Assembly: GCF_041146345.1 (NCBI RefSeq)
Contig: NW_027191413.1
Span: 124,001 to 188,000 of the forward strand
Source of the DNA: Neodothiora populina
Lineage: Eukaryota
Reading direction: 5' to 3'
Length of the DNA stretch: 64,000 nt
Under the pieces are notes generated by a model, which was not told where the DNA came from, searched no databases, and worked only from the letters and a program-made list of their open reading frames with translations. Below, piece by piece: positions 21,612 to 34,499 of this stretch. The position numbers were made by a program, and so were the translations under genes. The number at the start of each line of letters is the position of its first letter. The first letter of the stretch is position 1.

Positions 21612-23927
21612 TTAGGACCTTTCTGGACAAGACAACCTTTCCTCTTCTTCTTCAATCAAGGCTCTTTTTCTCTTGGCAGCTTTGCGCTCTATTTTGCTTC
21701 TCCTCTCCTTTTCCTTTTTCAATCTTGCCTCCTTGTCTTTTCCTCGTCCCTTACGCCGAAGGACCGGTTGTAAGAATCCATCGAGACGTACACCGCCCAA
21801 CATTTCTTCGTCATTTTCTTCACCTGCGACGGAACTGCCATCTTCGTCATTGCTATCGGCGCCTGAAATGACAGAAGACCCAACACTGATGTGTCTTGAC
21901 GGCTGCTTTCTTTTCGTCGACGGCATGGCTTGGATCCGAGGATCGTATCTGTGGGTGCGGCGCAGATGGTCGAGTAGCCTGCCTACTCTTGTATAGACGG
22001 AGCTGGTCTCACAATGCGGGCACTTCAATGGATCAGGTGGAACCCAATTCATAGGATTGAAGTCTAGTGCGTTTTGTCTTTTGATCTGTCCGGTGATTGT
22101 AGAGTGACCTCTTGCCATTTTCCGCTGGGCTTCTTGCTCGATTGCTACAATCTCTTCGGGCTTCTTCTTGTGGCTTCTCTTGAGATGATCGCGCCAACGG
22201 TATGCGCGTTCGTAGGGGAGCGCATGACGTTTGCACATGGGAAAGGGACAGAAATATCCTGCTTGGCTCTGAGTATCTTCTTCGGAAGTAGAAACATATT
22301 CGTTTTCTTCTCTTATTGGACCATACTCTGGGAATGTGCGGAAAGTCATGGTTTCGCCGAAGAGTGCCTCACATCGTTTTGTCGCACGCTGTATAACAGA
22401 TTGATCCCAGCCCGTCATTGCTGCGACACCGAGGACTTCGCTCCAATCCCGTAGGCCGAGCTTACGGGTATATCGAGGTGATGAAGGTGAATGTGCTGTG
22501 GTCTTGCTAGTTGTCTTCTTCCGTGGTGAAGTATGTGCTGGTTGAGAATGGTGATTCAAGTCTTCTGAGCCAGAAGATGAGTGATCGAGCGGACCAGCTG
22601 CACCAATCATGACCTGGTCTTCCTCCTCATCCGAAGGCTTAGTGCTATCATCTTGAGGTGCAGGAGTAAAGGCCCTCTTTCGTGACTTTGGTTTTTCAGC
22701 TCGCGATTTGGATGATACAACAGAGCGCACAGAGTCATCACTAGTATCCCCTGCATCTCTGTTACGCAAGTAATGACCTTCGCGTTGATGGTGCAAAGCC
22801 AGCAAAAGTGAATCGAGTCTGGACATGACTTGTCTCACGGTCGGAGCAAGTAATTTGTGCGAATAGTCATCGTCGGCAGAGAAGACTGGACGGGCAGTAA
22901 TCATTTCAGGGTCATCATCATTGTCTCCGTCATACTTGACTTCTTCGCTTTTGACAGGACCTACTGCAGCAGAATTGCCTGGACCAGGAGAAGATGTGGG
23001 CTGCCTTGGTGATGGAGATGGGGAAGACGATGGAGCGCTCAGTACTCTCGACAAGGGCGACGAAGAGACGGGAGATGACCTTGAGACAGACACAGATCTG
23101 GATCGTCCAGGATCTCTCGACATACTTCGAGACCTGCTTCTGTGCTCTCGCTCCACGGGATTGTTCAGCTCAGCGTCAGAGCGCAAGGTAGACCTAGGTT
23201 GACGCTGCAACCATGCTTCCTTTGCCTGTCTCAAGAAAGTTGCATACAATTCCTCCTCCAAACCTTTACTAGGCTTTTCAGGTCGTCGAACATCGATAGG
23301 CTTTACAGAATAAGCGTCCAATGCCTGATCCATACCCGATGCGCCAAACATGACATCGGCATGAGGGACGGCCTCTGGCTCCAAAGGCCAAGCAGTCCAT
23401 CTGGCATCCGGATACCACCGCTTCTCGCCCGTCGCTTCGTCCTTGGGGATCCATTTGCTTTTCCGCATAGCAGAGGCTTTGGATGCTTCGACGTTGCCAG
23501 CAGGCCGACGTAAGCGGGCTTTCAAGACATGAGCATTATATAGATGCGCACTAAGGTCGTTCGCGCGCAATTGGCCCAAAGAAGCAGCCACCGAACGATC
23601 TGCTTCGGTGTAATGTCGCCACGCGCGGGCCCATCTTTTGTTCACACGTCCAGATGCAGATCCAGGTTCGGAGATGGCGTCGTCTTCTGCCTCGGTCTCT
23701 CCATTTTCGAGGTCTGTAATACCTGCCGGTGGAAGCTCTACACTCTGGGTCCCTAGAAGAGAAGGCTCATAGTCTGAGACACCATCAATGCTTGACTCGA
23801 GCCTTCCGGAATTGGGCGAAGTAGGGGGATTTATCTCTTCAATGGAGAAATCAGAATCCTCTTCTGGGAAGCCCGGAGAGGATGGCACATCTGATGTTTG
23901 TCTGCTGTCGCCACCAAACAAGGACAT
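21612..23927 (-). CDS. RRN9: Rrn9-domain protein (RNA Pol I upstream activation factor-like) with two C2H2-like zinc fingers
   Basis: WRHYTEADRSVAASLGQLRANDLSAHLYNAHVLK...WYPDARWTAWPL fits the fungal Rrn9 domain as recalled. Zinc-finger-like segments CPFPMC...HLKRSH and CPHC...HLRRTH. Confidence 0.75.
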   Translation of the reverse strand: MSLFGGDSRQTSDVPSSPGFPEEDSDFSIEEINPPTSPNSGRLESSIDGVSDYEPSLLGTQSVELPPAGITDLENGETEAEDDAISEPGSASGRVNKRWARAWRHYTEADRSVAASLGQLRANDLSAHLYNAHVLKARLRRPAGNVEASKASAMRKSKWIPKDEATGEKRWYPDARWTAWPLEPEAVPHADVMFGASGMDQALDAYSVKPIDVRRPEKPSKGLEEELYATFLRQAKEAWLQRQPRSTLRSDAELNNPVEREHRSRSRSMSRDPGRSRSVSVSRSSPVSSSPLSRVLSAPSSSPSPSPRQPTSSPGPGNSAAVGPVKSEEVKYDGDNDDDPEMITARPVFSADDDYSHKLLAPTVRQVMSRLDSLLLALHHQREGHYLRNRDAGDTSDDSVRSVVSSKSRAEKPKSRKRAFTPAPQDDSTKPSDEEEDQVMIGAAGPLDHSSSGSEDLNHHSQPAHTSPRKKTTSKTTAHSPSSPRYTRKLGLRDWSEVLGVAAMTGWDQSVIQRATKRCEALFGETMTFRTFPEYGPIREENEYVSTSEEDTQSQAGYFCPFPMCKRHALPYERAYRWRDHLKRSHKKKPEEIVAIEQEAQRKMARGHSTITGQIKRQNALDFNPMNWVPPDPLKCPHCETSSVYTRVGRLLDHLRRTHRYDPRIQAMPSTKRKQPSRHISVGSSVISGADSNDEDGSSVAGEENDEEMLGGVRLDGFLQPVLRRKGRGKDKEARLKKEKERRSKIERKAAKRKRALIEEEEERLSCPERS

Positions 23928-24210
23928 GATCTTATTTGTTTTTGGAAAGACTCATTCCGAGTGTCCTCCTCCAGCCATTATCTTTGACTAGCTGACTGGG
24001 CCTAATGGAGACGAAGGAGCAATAATGGTAGAGCAAACAAAAGATCTCCGAGGTCAAGGTCCAACTTGCCGCAATCGAAGCTTGTTTGCTCTGTTTGTTC
24101 GAAACTCCCACTTTCTCGTCAGCAGCTTCTATACCAGCTTCGTCTCACTCCCGTCGTTACCAAAGCAAAACCACAACCACACCTACGCGTCATCTCCTCG
24201 CCGCGCAGCC

Positions 24211-25086
24211 ATGTCTTCATCCCAAGAAACTCTTCGAGCGCTAGAATCCTACCGGCAGCGTCTGCACGCGACCTCGACAAGTCTGGCCAAGATCCGCCAC
24301 GACCTCGAATTCAACGATCCGCTGCCCTCATGGACCTCTCTGTTGACCTCCCTGCAACTCGCCCAACACAACCTGCTGTCTCTACAGAACCTGCACACAA
24401 ACTCCCAGACCGCCCTGCGATCAGCCCACGTCTATCCTCTGCCTTCCTTCCCTGGTCGCACCCAAGAACCACTGCTCGGACAACTGCTGCGCAAGAAACT
24501 CCAGCCCGGCGTCGAGGATTGGATCGCAGACGGGGAGAAGAAGGCGGCTTCGTCGCTATTGTCAGAAGATACAGGGTCAGATACTGCTGCAGAGAAGACG
24601 ACGGCGATACCAGAGACCCTGACGGTGGCTCAATTGGAACATCTCTGGAACTGGGCCGGCCCCGAAGCAAATCGCATCGCGCGCGAAGACATTGGCGCGG
24701 AAGGTTGGGACGACGTCTTCACTCTAGCAGAAAGCGATGCCGGCATCGAGAATGTCGTCACCGGTCTGCGCAGGAAACTCTGGGAAAGCGATGATGAAGG
24801 GAGTGACGATGATGACGACGATGAAGCGGAAAAGAAAATGAAGACCGATGATGACAATGATGGAGATGCAATGAATATTGATGGTGAAGACAAGGTCAAG
24901 AAAGAAAAACAGACGACGTCGACGACCATCGAGTGGGGGGGAATGGACCGTGGCAGCAAAATCATGATGGCCAGGCCGTTCGACGAGTCAAGTACGCCGC
25001 TTCCGCTCGAGACTATGCTGAGATATAGTCTCACGGGTCAATTACCGCCCAGTGTCCCTGCTGGAGGAATGCCAATACGGCGGTGA
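24211..25086 (+). CDS. MED8: Mediator complex subunit 8
   Basis: ALESYRQRL...DPLPSW...AHVYPLPSFPGRTQEPLLGQLLRKKLQPGVEDW; C-terminal PLPLETMLRYSLTG. Confidence 0.9.
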   Translation: MSSSQETLRALESYRQRLHATSTSLAKIRHDLEFNDPLPSWTSLLTSLQLAQHNLLSLQNLHTNSQTALRSAHVYPLPSFPGRTQEPLLGQLLRKKLQPGVEDWIADGEKKAASSLLSEDTGSDTAAEKTTAIPETLTVAQLEHLWNWAGPEANRIAREDIGAEGWDDVFTLAESDAGIENVVTGLRRKLWESDDEGSDDDDDDEAEKKMKTDDDNDGDAMNIDGEDKVKKEKQTTSTTIEWGGMDRGSKIMMARPFDESSTPLPLETMLRYSLTGQLPPSVPAGGMPIRR

Positions 25087-25735
25087 TCGGACTCAATAGC
25101 AGAACCCATCATTCAAAATATCCATAACGGCCACACGAAGAGTCATTCTAGCTGCCTCTACGATCCTCTCTGAGCCTATTCAACACTATTAAAAGATGAC
25201 CACGAAGACCAAATTGAAGTCATAAGGGGAAAAAATAAATTGATTATGGACCGTAAAAGGTTTCCGGGGCGATAAGGGGGGGTATATCTCGGCAAAGGCC
25301 AACAAACATCGCCGCAGCGAGAAACAAGACTCCAGCTGCAGTCCCTCCAAACCGAGCAGACTTTTCAACCAAAAAACGGACAATTAGACGACCGATTCGA
25401 ACTCGGCCGTGCAAACAGCTCCTCGGAGCAGCGAAACGAAAGAAAACTCCGTAAGAGATTTGACGGGCGTGTAGCTTCTCGTCTTTTCCAATTTTTAAAA
25501 GCAAGTATCCAACGCCTTCTTTCCTTTCCTTTTCCTTTTCCTTGTTTTGCCTCTCATTTGTGATTAAGTGAACATTCATTTTCGTAAGATTGTTCCTCCG
25601 TTCTGACATTATATTGACGCCCTGTCCTGTGTCTCATGCTTGGTTTCAGAGATCAGGACCAGAGCTTTGCACTCGACCGCACAAGTGTTGTCGGTGTTTC
25701 GCCTAGGGGAGAAATATGTCGGGTCTCATGCTGGT

Positions 25736-25969
25736 CTATCGCCAGTACCCAGCATATCGCCCCTCGCTCGATCGAGGCTCTGCAGCCTGATATTTCGTCC
25801 CCGACCCAGACGTAGAACTGTGGTAGGGATATGCTGAGGCTGACCCTGAAGTGCGAGAGGACGAAGAGGAGGAAGGATGCTGGTGGATGATCACTGGTCC
25901 TCTGGATGACGATGAGGAAGAGGATGAGCCTTGGCTCGTGTAGCTCGGTGTGGAGTATCGTGACGACAT
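25736..25969 (-). CDS. Small Ser-rich protein (77 aa)
   Basis: ATG in a CACAATG context. TATAAAA near 26221-26227 followed by an A/C-rich leader. MSSRYSTPSYTSQGSSSSSSSSRGPVIIHQH...YAGYWR. Confidence 0.45.
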   Translation of the reverse strand: MSSRYSTPSYTSQGSSSSSSSSRGPVIIHQHPSSSSSSRTSGSASAYPYHSSTSGSGTKYQAAEPRSSEGRYAGYWR

Positions 25970-27674
25970 TGTGATTTTTGTTGTGCTTCTTGCTGAACTT
26001 CTCGCAGAAGTGCTTGTGACAGTGATGCTGGTGGTGGTGGTGGTGGTAGTGGCTATATTGGCTGAAGATTGAAGTGATGTATCACTTCGGAAAGCTTTTG
26101 AGTGGTCGCTTCGATGTTCTCTTCTTAATTGATGGAGACTGGTGAACACTTTGTAGATTTGTGGCTAGTGACGTTCTTGCAAGATGAATATGCAGGAACA
26201 GAGGTAATAGGAAGATCTCCTTTTATATTTGTGCAACCGATAGGCTACAGGCCTTTGCTCCAAATAGACTATGACTGGATAATAGACTCGATGACTACTT
26301 TTGGTTGTGGCGCTAGAGGCTGTGCAACGCCCTGAGGCTTTGCGCTTACTGGGCTGCTGACGGGGGTACTTTGTTGGCGGCTTTCTGTGGCGTGGGGGGT
26401 TGCTTAATGCAAGTATGGAACGAAGTGAGAAAAGAGCAAGTGTGCGGCAGTATGTGATTCCTATGATGTTTCTGAAAAGGTGATGTAGAAGATAGAAGGC
26501 AAGAAAAAAAGGACAACAGCGAGTATCTATACTTATCTCCAACAATACTCACGGCTTGTGGGCGACACACCAAACGCGTTGCGAATGCGTAGCCTCGATG
26601 GGGGGGGGGGGGGGGGGGGGTCCCAACTTCACCAGCAATAGTCACGCTCCCACGCACTAGGTAGAAGCACTGTGGACGAGGTAGGGGTCAAGAGACGTAA
26701 CTGTAGTTTTTGCCACTCGCAACGCGTGGTTTCCCAAGGCAGAAACGTTTGGTCGCCATCTATTATTGGTTCACGAATGGCGACCTTGTAACTGCGCATG
26801 CCCAGACCTGGGCTCGAGTCGCTGGAGGCTACAATCTTCAAGATACCAACCAGGGCCTACGCAGCGAGGCGAGAGCTGAGTGGAAACCAATTAACTCGTA
26901 CCTTGCAGCAATTGACGAACCAAATTTCAACTCCCGCCCTTGGAGATAAATCAGGGCATTGGTAGACTAAGAGGGTGGGCGAATCACTTACATGTTGGCG
27001 AGGACTTCAGGCAGAAGCCATGTACCTAGCTATTGGTGCATGCATGAAGTACCTGTAAATGGTGTGGGTCACGAGAGTGTTAGAGTGCCGCGTCTGTAGA
27101 CGGCTTCTGAGTTTCGTCATCATCGACTTGCCGTATGCGCCATCGTCGGCGCACGACGAACGTAACAGGACATCTACGATGGCGCCAATCTGACAATTGC
27201 ATACGTAGGATGATGTTCAATTGAAGAAACGTTCTCATGGTGATGGTGGAGCAAAACTAAAAACAGTCGTGGGTGTTCCATTTTTAGGAACAACTGTCAG
27301 GGTTTGGGGGCCAAAGCTTTTCCCACAGCTGCGGCTCGTCGACGGGCCGAAACCGAGCTCACCTCTAAAGTACTTCGTCTCTCGACGTCACGATAGAGAC
27401 ACGATTAAGATGTGGTGTAGCATGTTCGAAAGACAACACAACAGAGGTTCGGAGCTTCACGGAACGGTAGATGCTGCATGTTATATGTTATGTAAATAGC
27501 TATCAAGGTGTTTGCGAAAGAATGAGAAATTTCATAGGGTGTTATGATCGCACAAGTTCGTCTACACTTGTGCCACGGCTTCCTGTCAAGTAACCTAAGG
27601 TACAGTATGGTACCTTGCATGAAAATCAACGATTAGGGCCTATCAGATTCTCCTGTACGAAAGAACTCGTTTCT

Positions 27675-27860
27675 AGTCATTGACCGTTTAAGGGGTAGTT
27701 ATGGGAAACGCATTGACTAGTCATTAGGCTTTCATGAATTACCTATCAGAGACTCATTAACTGTCCATCAGAAGCTCATTGCCTGTTCATCAGGAACTCA
27801 TTGCCTATCTATCAGGAAATCACCGACCATTCATCAGGAAGTCATTGACTACCTAGAAAC
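27675..27860 (+). repeat. Dispersed 22-bp tandem-unit element, copy B
   Basis: Units actcattaactgtccatcagaa / gctcattgcctgttcatcagga / actcattgcctatctatcagga / aatcaccgaccattcatcagga / agtcattgact. Confidence 0.85.
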
Positions 27861-28056
27861 GACAGATCCTATAAGCGAAGCTTGTTCCTTGCTATGACCG
27901 GACTGTTACTTCGAAGTATTCTAAGGGTCGATGGGAATATTTGGTGCTTTGCAGTTTGTATACACACCACAAGCTGAACCCCTCTGGTATGATCGTAGTG
28001 AATATCGAGTAGTGTACACTATGAGCATAGTACCAAACCTCATACATCCCCAACAC

Positions 28057-29786
28057 TTACGCATGTCCGGCAGTGTCATTTCTGTCCATCTCTTCCTTCA
28101 GAATCTGCACTTGCTTCTTAAGCTCAACCCACAAGGGAAACCTTTCGAGCCTGGATTCGCCTCCACCTTCGAGGTAGACATTGCCACGGATGGATTTTGG
28201 AGTTTGATCAATTATCTTCATGTCGCGCACCAATTCGCAGAATGTTTTCAGTCCCTGCAGAGTCGGCTCGTACGCCGTCGCGATGGGCTGATTAGAGTCT
28301 GCCTGGCTGATAACTTCATAACCAACGGACTGGCTCTGTATCGCTCGGGTGCCTGCGTTCCACTGTTCCTCAGATGTTCCATCAGCTCGGGTAAAGATAA
28401 GTGCAGAGGGCAATTCCTTGTGGCTGGGCATCGAGACGTCTTCATTTGAATGCCTTTTATCGCCGCTGCTCATGCTCTCAGTATCGTGAACAGCCAGAGC
28501 CAGCAGCGCAGCGATAAAGGCTTCCTGCATGTATGCGAAGGAGAAGCCGTCAGTGATCTTTGACATGCCCTCGCAAATCTCGTCAGGAAACTCAATGTCC
28601 TCGTTATCACTGAGTTTCGTCTGCCAGAACTTCGCATAGGCGTAACGCTCGTCCTTGTTGGGGTCTGGAAAGTAGTATTTACGGTCAAATCGCGATGGAC
28701 GTTTCGCAATACCGGGATCCAATTGATCGAGATGATTTGTGCTACCAACCATGAGGATTCCGTCATTGTTCTTCAAACCATCGACCTCGTTCAAGAAATA
28801 TGAGCGAACGTTTGGAGTGATCAGGCTGTCCAAGTCTTCAAAGATGAGGTAGCAAGGGGCGAATCGGCGAGCCTGACCGAAGATCTGTCGAAGCGCATAT
28901 TCGGGGCCGGCAAAGCTACATTGGAAGGGCTTTGGTCAATATCAAGCTGAACGTCATGTATATGGTCAGGAAGGACAGAAAGGACGTACCTTGACAGTGT
29001 CTTCACATAGAGCGTTGGAATAGGGTCCTTCCTCTTGTATAGTGCATGCATCATTGCCTTGATGCTGATAGTCTTGCCGTTACCAGGAGGACCATAGTAG
29101 ATGACACCCCGCTTCCATGGCACCTTGAGCTTCTTGTAAGTCTCTCGCGAATTGAAGAAATTATCAACATCGCGAATGAGGGATTTCTTCATATCCTCGT
29201 TAAGGATCACGTTTTCCCATTCAGCAGCTTGCACACTCTCCCAGAGCTCGTGACTCTTCTGCCACATGCCCTGATCGAAAACCCAAACCTCATCGTGAAG
29301 TGCCATAGACCATCTACCGGCTTCCAACAAAAGTCGCTCCGTGGCCTTTGAAGAAGACGATAGGATATACTGGTTGGTAACACTCGGATATGCAGACATG
29401 CCGTCTCTTCCTTCTGCAATGTAGAGAACAAACTCTTTATTCTCCCATTCGACCATAAATTTCCCAAAATGCACATATTCAGCCAGTCCATCATTCTCGC
29501 CGTTAAGGCGGCGAACAGGAGGTCGGTATGACAGCCAAGTCAATCGATCTTGCTCTTGGTCAATCGGTGCCGCAGCAGCATGACCAGCTGCAGCGAAGGC
29601 GAGAATGTCACATGTTCCTCGTGGCGTTACAGTCAAGTGGAGCTGGGGATACTCGCGACGAAGAGCTTCTGTGACGACAATATCGGTATTGACTCGAGGT
29701 GCAGATGAATGTTCGAAGTAGGCAGTCGCGGCTTCGTTTTGATGGGCTGGAGCAGAGCTCAAGCGAGCAGATGTTGCGCCTGTCAT
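28057..29786 (-). CDS. Single-domain AAA+ ATPase
   Basis: Intron 28916-28989. Walker A GPPGNGKT, Walker B YLIFEDLD, SRH STNHLDQLDPGIAKRPSRFDRK. Confidence 0.92.
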
Positions 29787-32700
29787 GTTGACGATACGAA
29801 TCACAGTCTGGACGAACGCCAGAATGATTAAGACTACGAAATTCGACAGATTACGCGGATGGACAGCGAATATTGTAGATAGGCGGTCGAAGGACTCAAG
29901 CTCCTCTTTATACTGGACCAGCTGATCGGCCGAAGGATTCAACGTTCAAGAAGGTAACAACTATTGCCCAGCTTTCTCAGAAAACTCACTCTCCAAGCTG
30001 GCAAGACTGCGAGATTCGGATTCTTACTTCTCGACAGCTCTTCGATGTAAATGACGATTACTCTCGTCGTAGAGAGGTAGCGGTAAACATCGAGGTATAG
30101 TCCAATACCGCAATCGTCGCTGTATTCCGAGCTCCGACTCGAGCTCCGAGCTCCAAGCTTCTGCCCCAATTGGAGCTCTCCCCACATTTCCTATTCCGCA
30201 TCATGCCATACGTTCACCGAGTCATGATTTTGTGTACTTTGCCTCGGCTAATCATCTTTCCGTACAGTGGTTGACATGGGTGCTCCATGTACCTGCATTC
30301 TCCAAAATAAGACTATCTCACGACCTAATGCTCAGTGTGCGCTCGTGTCGTGGCCTGGCGACAGAAAGGCCTTTGATTGGCTGTCTCTCGATCACCACCG
30401 ATTCGGCAACGCGATGGTAATGCAACCACTAGGGCTACATGACAACCGCATTTATGATCCCATCAAGCAATGGTCCTCTGGTTGCATTTCCAAACAGAGC
30501 CACGAACGGCTGTGTTCGTGCCTCGAAGTCTTGCCAAAGCGGTCAACGAACTTTTGCCAGCACTCATACCATGCTTGGGCCCGCCGTGTCTCCATGCTGC
30601 ATACTTGTACACTTTGGGTTCCCGGGCAGGTAGTGGTCACTTCAGCGGCACCTATCATGCTACACACTACATTTCTGTGCCAGTCTCAAGTCAACAGATG
30701 GGGACAACAGGCTTTGAAAACCCCCTGGGTGGAGAACAAGCATGTGTTGAGCGAGCTCTGAACGCTTCATGTTGATCAGGCGGCAAAGCTTCTTATAGTA
30801 CCTGTAGCAGAAATGTACTCTGGTTACAGAAGTCTACCCATCTGTATTATTCCATCCACTTACGAGTACTCACTGTACCAGATCACACGCTATACTCTGC
30901 CGAGTAAGGCACAGCACAGTAATCTGTACAGATACTTTGCGGAAGGATTCTTGATCACTGCATGCGAGATGATCGTCGTCTTCGCACGACTACAGTACAT
31001 GCATGCTGCACCCACCCTCCTCGGCACTGAGGAACGGCTGACGCAGCGACTCACGCCTGCAACGCGACTCGTTGTACCGCGGCATCTAATCTACAGATAG
31101 TAAAGGTACCGCATCTGATCTATCAGAAGTTCTGAGCCTGTCCGCGATAGTTTCATGCGGCGGAAGGTATGCTCAGACGCAAGCAATCAATGGTGTAAAA
31201 GCCACGATCAGAGAAATCATAATCGTCACAGACTGCCAGCGAGTATTCGGCCAGACTATGTGGAACCCTTCGCGAACTGAAACGAGCACGGCTAGAGCAT
31301 CTCACTGCTCCGCCTATTTTGAGTAGCGAGCTTAAACAGCACTGTAATGTTTCGTTATCCGCAATGTACCTACATAGTATAAGCATATTAACGGATAGAT
31401 AGGTCGCATATACTCGTAATGAGAATCTATTCATTCAGCCACGAGTTTCGCAAGCTAGGAAGGGTGAGGGAGATCTTGATGTTAAAAGTCACCCCATCGA
31501 TATAAGTAACCACGCTGGTGGGTATCTGTAGGATTTTTGAATGCCCAACGAAAATCGCAGATGGTAAAGGGGGGAAATAGTCCGAAACATGCAATGGCCG
31601 TCTTTACGACTCGTTTTAGTGGATATCTCTATCCAATCGTGTCGTTGTTGCGAGCGATTCCACTTTAGGCATATACTTTGAACGACACGTGTAGTGACCA
31701 GGATGAAATTGCGACTCGTCCTGCTCGCCACGCGATGTGTGTGATGGGACAGGAACACCGCCTAGAAGCTATCGGGGCATCTAGAAGACTTGAGTCGCTG
31801 AAGAGGAAACCCCATACAGAACGTTGAATTAGAGTGTGCCCGCACGTGCGAGGGGTTGCAATCAAAACAAGACAATCTAAGATATCCAACAGAACATGAA
31901 TGGGCCGTCCATGCATAGTGCATGATGCATCGTCTCGAGAAGCATCTGTGCACAGGGTATACAAAGAAACCTCCACATGGGCATGTTTGAGCCCCATCAA
32001 GTGTTGCTCAGCTACCAAAATTTCAAGTCCTCGGGTCAAAACACAAGGCGCAGGCGCAGCCGCCAAGAAAACAAGCAAAACGGGGGCGAACGATCAAGTG
32101 AAAATCGTTCACCTAGACAAGCTTTGATGGGGCTCACTTGATGCTTCGTACATTTCCTACATTCAGATGGCCGCGGATGACCTCGGACTTCGCGCATAAA
32201 CCTCCCAATGCGTCAAAACCATCGCTGATAGGATCAGCAATAATTGTGTAAGCAGCTATACAAGCTCTCCACATGACCATTGGGTGGATAATGTCAGTCC
32301 TCAATTGCCGTGCAGAGTGTTGAGATTGCAATGTACAGATGATGCTCCGAGCATCAAGCACAACGCGTTGTTGGCAGGACAGAAACGGCACTGATTGACT
32401 AATCGCAAATTTCTGCCGGCCTGAGCGTCGTATCGCTTTCGCGGACGAGCTTCTAGACGATGAGTAGTCAATCCCGCACCGTGTGCTCCTAGTACGAGCC
32501 ACAGCGCAGTCCGTGACTCGGAACCCGCAATACCCAACAGTCGAGTATGACGATAACCGTGGTTCTCGAACCACTCAATTCTAGTGTGAGCAACCACATG
32601 ACCGAGTGGAGAACAGAAATATCTCAATCCTGGACAGTCTGAGTGAGACAGCGCTGACCTCGGCAATGTTGAAAGACTTTTGTCCTTTGAGTTATTCGAT

Positions 32701-33466
32701 GTCGTGAGATGTGATGCCGACGTCCAAGATCGATGTTCACATGTTCAGACGGAAGCAAAAGCAAAGCTTGGCTAATACGCTACATACGCAAATGGCCCAT
32801 AGTGGATGTCCCAGATGATTTGAAAGACTCCTCGACCGGCACATTCAAAAGATGGGTCCGGGGTGCGAGGGGTCGTCTGCGATCAACGTGAGTTCTATGA
32901 ATCATGCAGGGTCCATTCTCTACAGTAGAACTTGTTGAACGAGCGGAGGCGGCGGCATATCGGGAACACTGGCATGTTTCCAGCTGTCTCAACGAGACTG
33001 TCGCCCAAGCAATGCAATTTGACTGAGAGGGCTATGCCACCCCAGAAATTATTCCGACATGATAGGGAAGAAAGGAAAAAAAGATCAGTTGAGCCTTCGC
33101 AAACTTCGGTAAATCGTCATCGTTTCTCCTGGGAATTGGATGTTTCAACGGCGTATCTGCAGAAATCCTAAATAACCGCAGTTGGCTCACAGAGTTCCTC
33201 TAGCGCGCCTCTCCGCAAGCCCGGCAAGCTTTCTCCACACGCTAGGGGACTCCCCATAGCATCATTAATTACTGCATAAAAGACTTGCCCCGTCTCCTTA
33301 GCCTTTAGGATCACTCCCCCAAGCATTTCCACCCGTTGAAAAAGTTCCTCTTACTCCCTCGAGCTTTGCTGAGCGTTCAAGATTTTGCTCCGGCCTTTTG
33401 TTCCTTCCTAGATCTTCCTGGGTGATCACTATCAAATATTTGAGGAAATTCGAACATATAACCAAA

Positions 33467-34499
33467 ATGTCTACAAGCACCGCACAGGAGCACAACGATC
33501 TTGGCAATGCCGCTCTGCACAACAAAGAGCTGAATGATATGGACTTTGTCAATGGCCATGACTATGCTCCTGCGAACGGTACCAATGGCGCAAATGCATA
33601 CCCACGCCGAAGATTCGACTATGGTGGCAACCCTCTTGCACACATCAACACCGGAGAGTCCGTTCGTCTTCCTGCCTTTGGAGGTGAATTTCAACCTGGT
33701 CTGTATAAGAACATCAATGACCGCAAATTTGCCAACCCTGCGCCTCTCGGTCTCAGTGCTTTCGCTCTCACGACCTTCGTGTTGTCTCTGGTCAACCTCG
33801 GCACCGAGGGCTTAACCGCACCCAACATTGTTGTTGGTGCTGCATTCGCATACGGTGGTCTTGTGCAGCTGTGCGCCGGCATGTGGTAAGTAGACTGCAG
33901 TTTTAGCCTTCCTATTGTGTACTGACACATCAATAGGGAGATGGCAATTGGAAACACCTTTGGTGCCACTGCTCTGGCTTCCTATGGCGGTTTCTGGATT
34001 GGTACCGCTATCATCCTCACTCCCGGCGGCTTTGCTATCGAGAGTTCTCTCGAGGCGACAGGAGGCTCGGCTGCATTCTTGAACTCTTTCGGTCTCTATC
34101 TTATGGTGAGCACAGCGCGAAAAGTCTGCAATCAGTAGCAGCACTAACATATATCAGGGCTGGTTCATTTTCACCTTCCTTCTCCTCATCTGTACTCTCC
34201 GCTCCACTGTCGCCTTCTTCACTCTCTTCTTCACTCTCGACCTTGCCTTCCTGATGCTTGGAATTGCCTACATCACTGGAGCTCCCTCTGGAGCGCCTCA
34301 GACTGCCTGTCTGCGTGCCGGCGGCGCTTTCGGCATCATTGCCGCATTTGCTGCCTGGTACAATGCACTCGCTGGTATTGCCGATAGCAGCAACTCTTTC
34401 TTTGTTATCCCTGTTGCACACTTCCCCTGGTCCGAGAAGGGCCGTGAGAGACGCGACAAGGTGGACAACTCCGCGGCCCGCGCTGCCGAATCTGTCTAA
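33467..34499 (+). CDS. ADY2: GPR1/FUN34/YaaH (AceTr) acetate transporter, Ady2/AcpA type
   Basis: Introns 33886-33936 and 34106-34157. Motifs [56 protein letters not shown]. Confidence 0.95.

Noticed and set aside
27675..27860. CRISPR-like interpretation of the 22-bp arrays
   Set aside because: Units are contiguous and degenerate with no unique spacers, the context is eukaryotic, and there are no cas genes.
29950..33400. Many 60-165 aa ORFs on both strands
   Set aside because: No recognisable motifs, coding-like composition or consistent splice structure; treated as intergenic.
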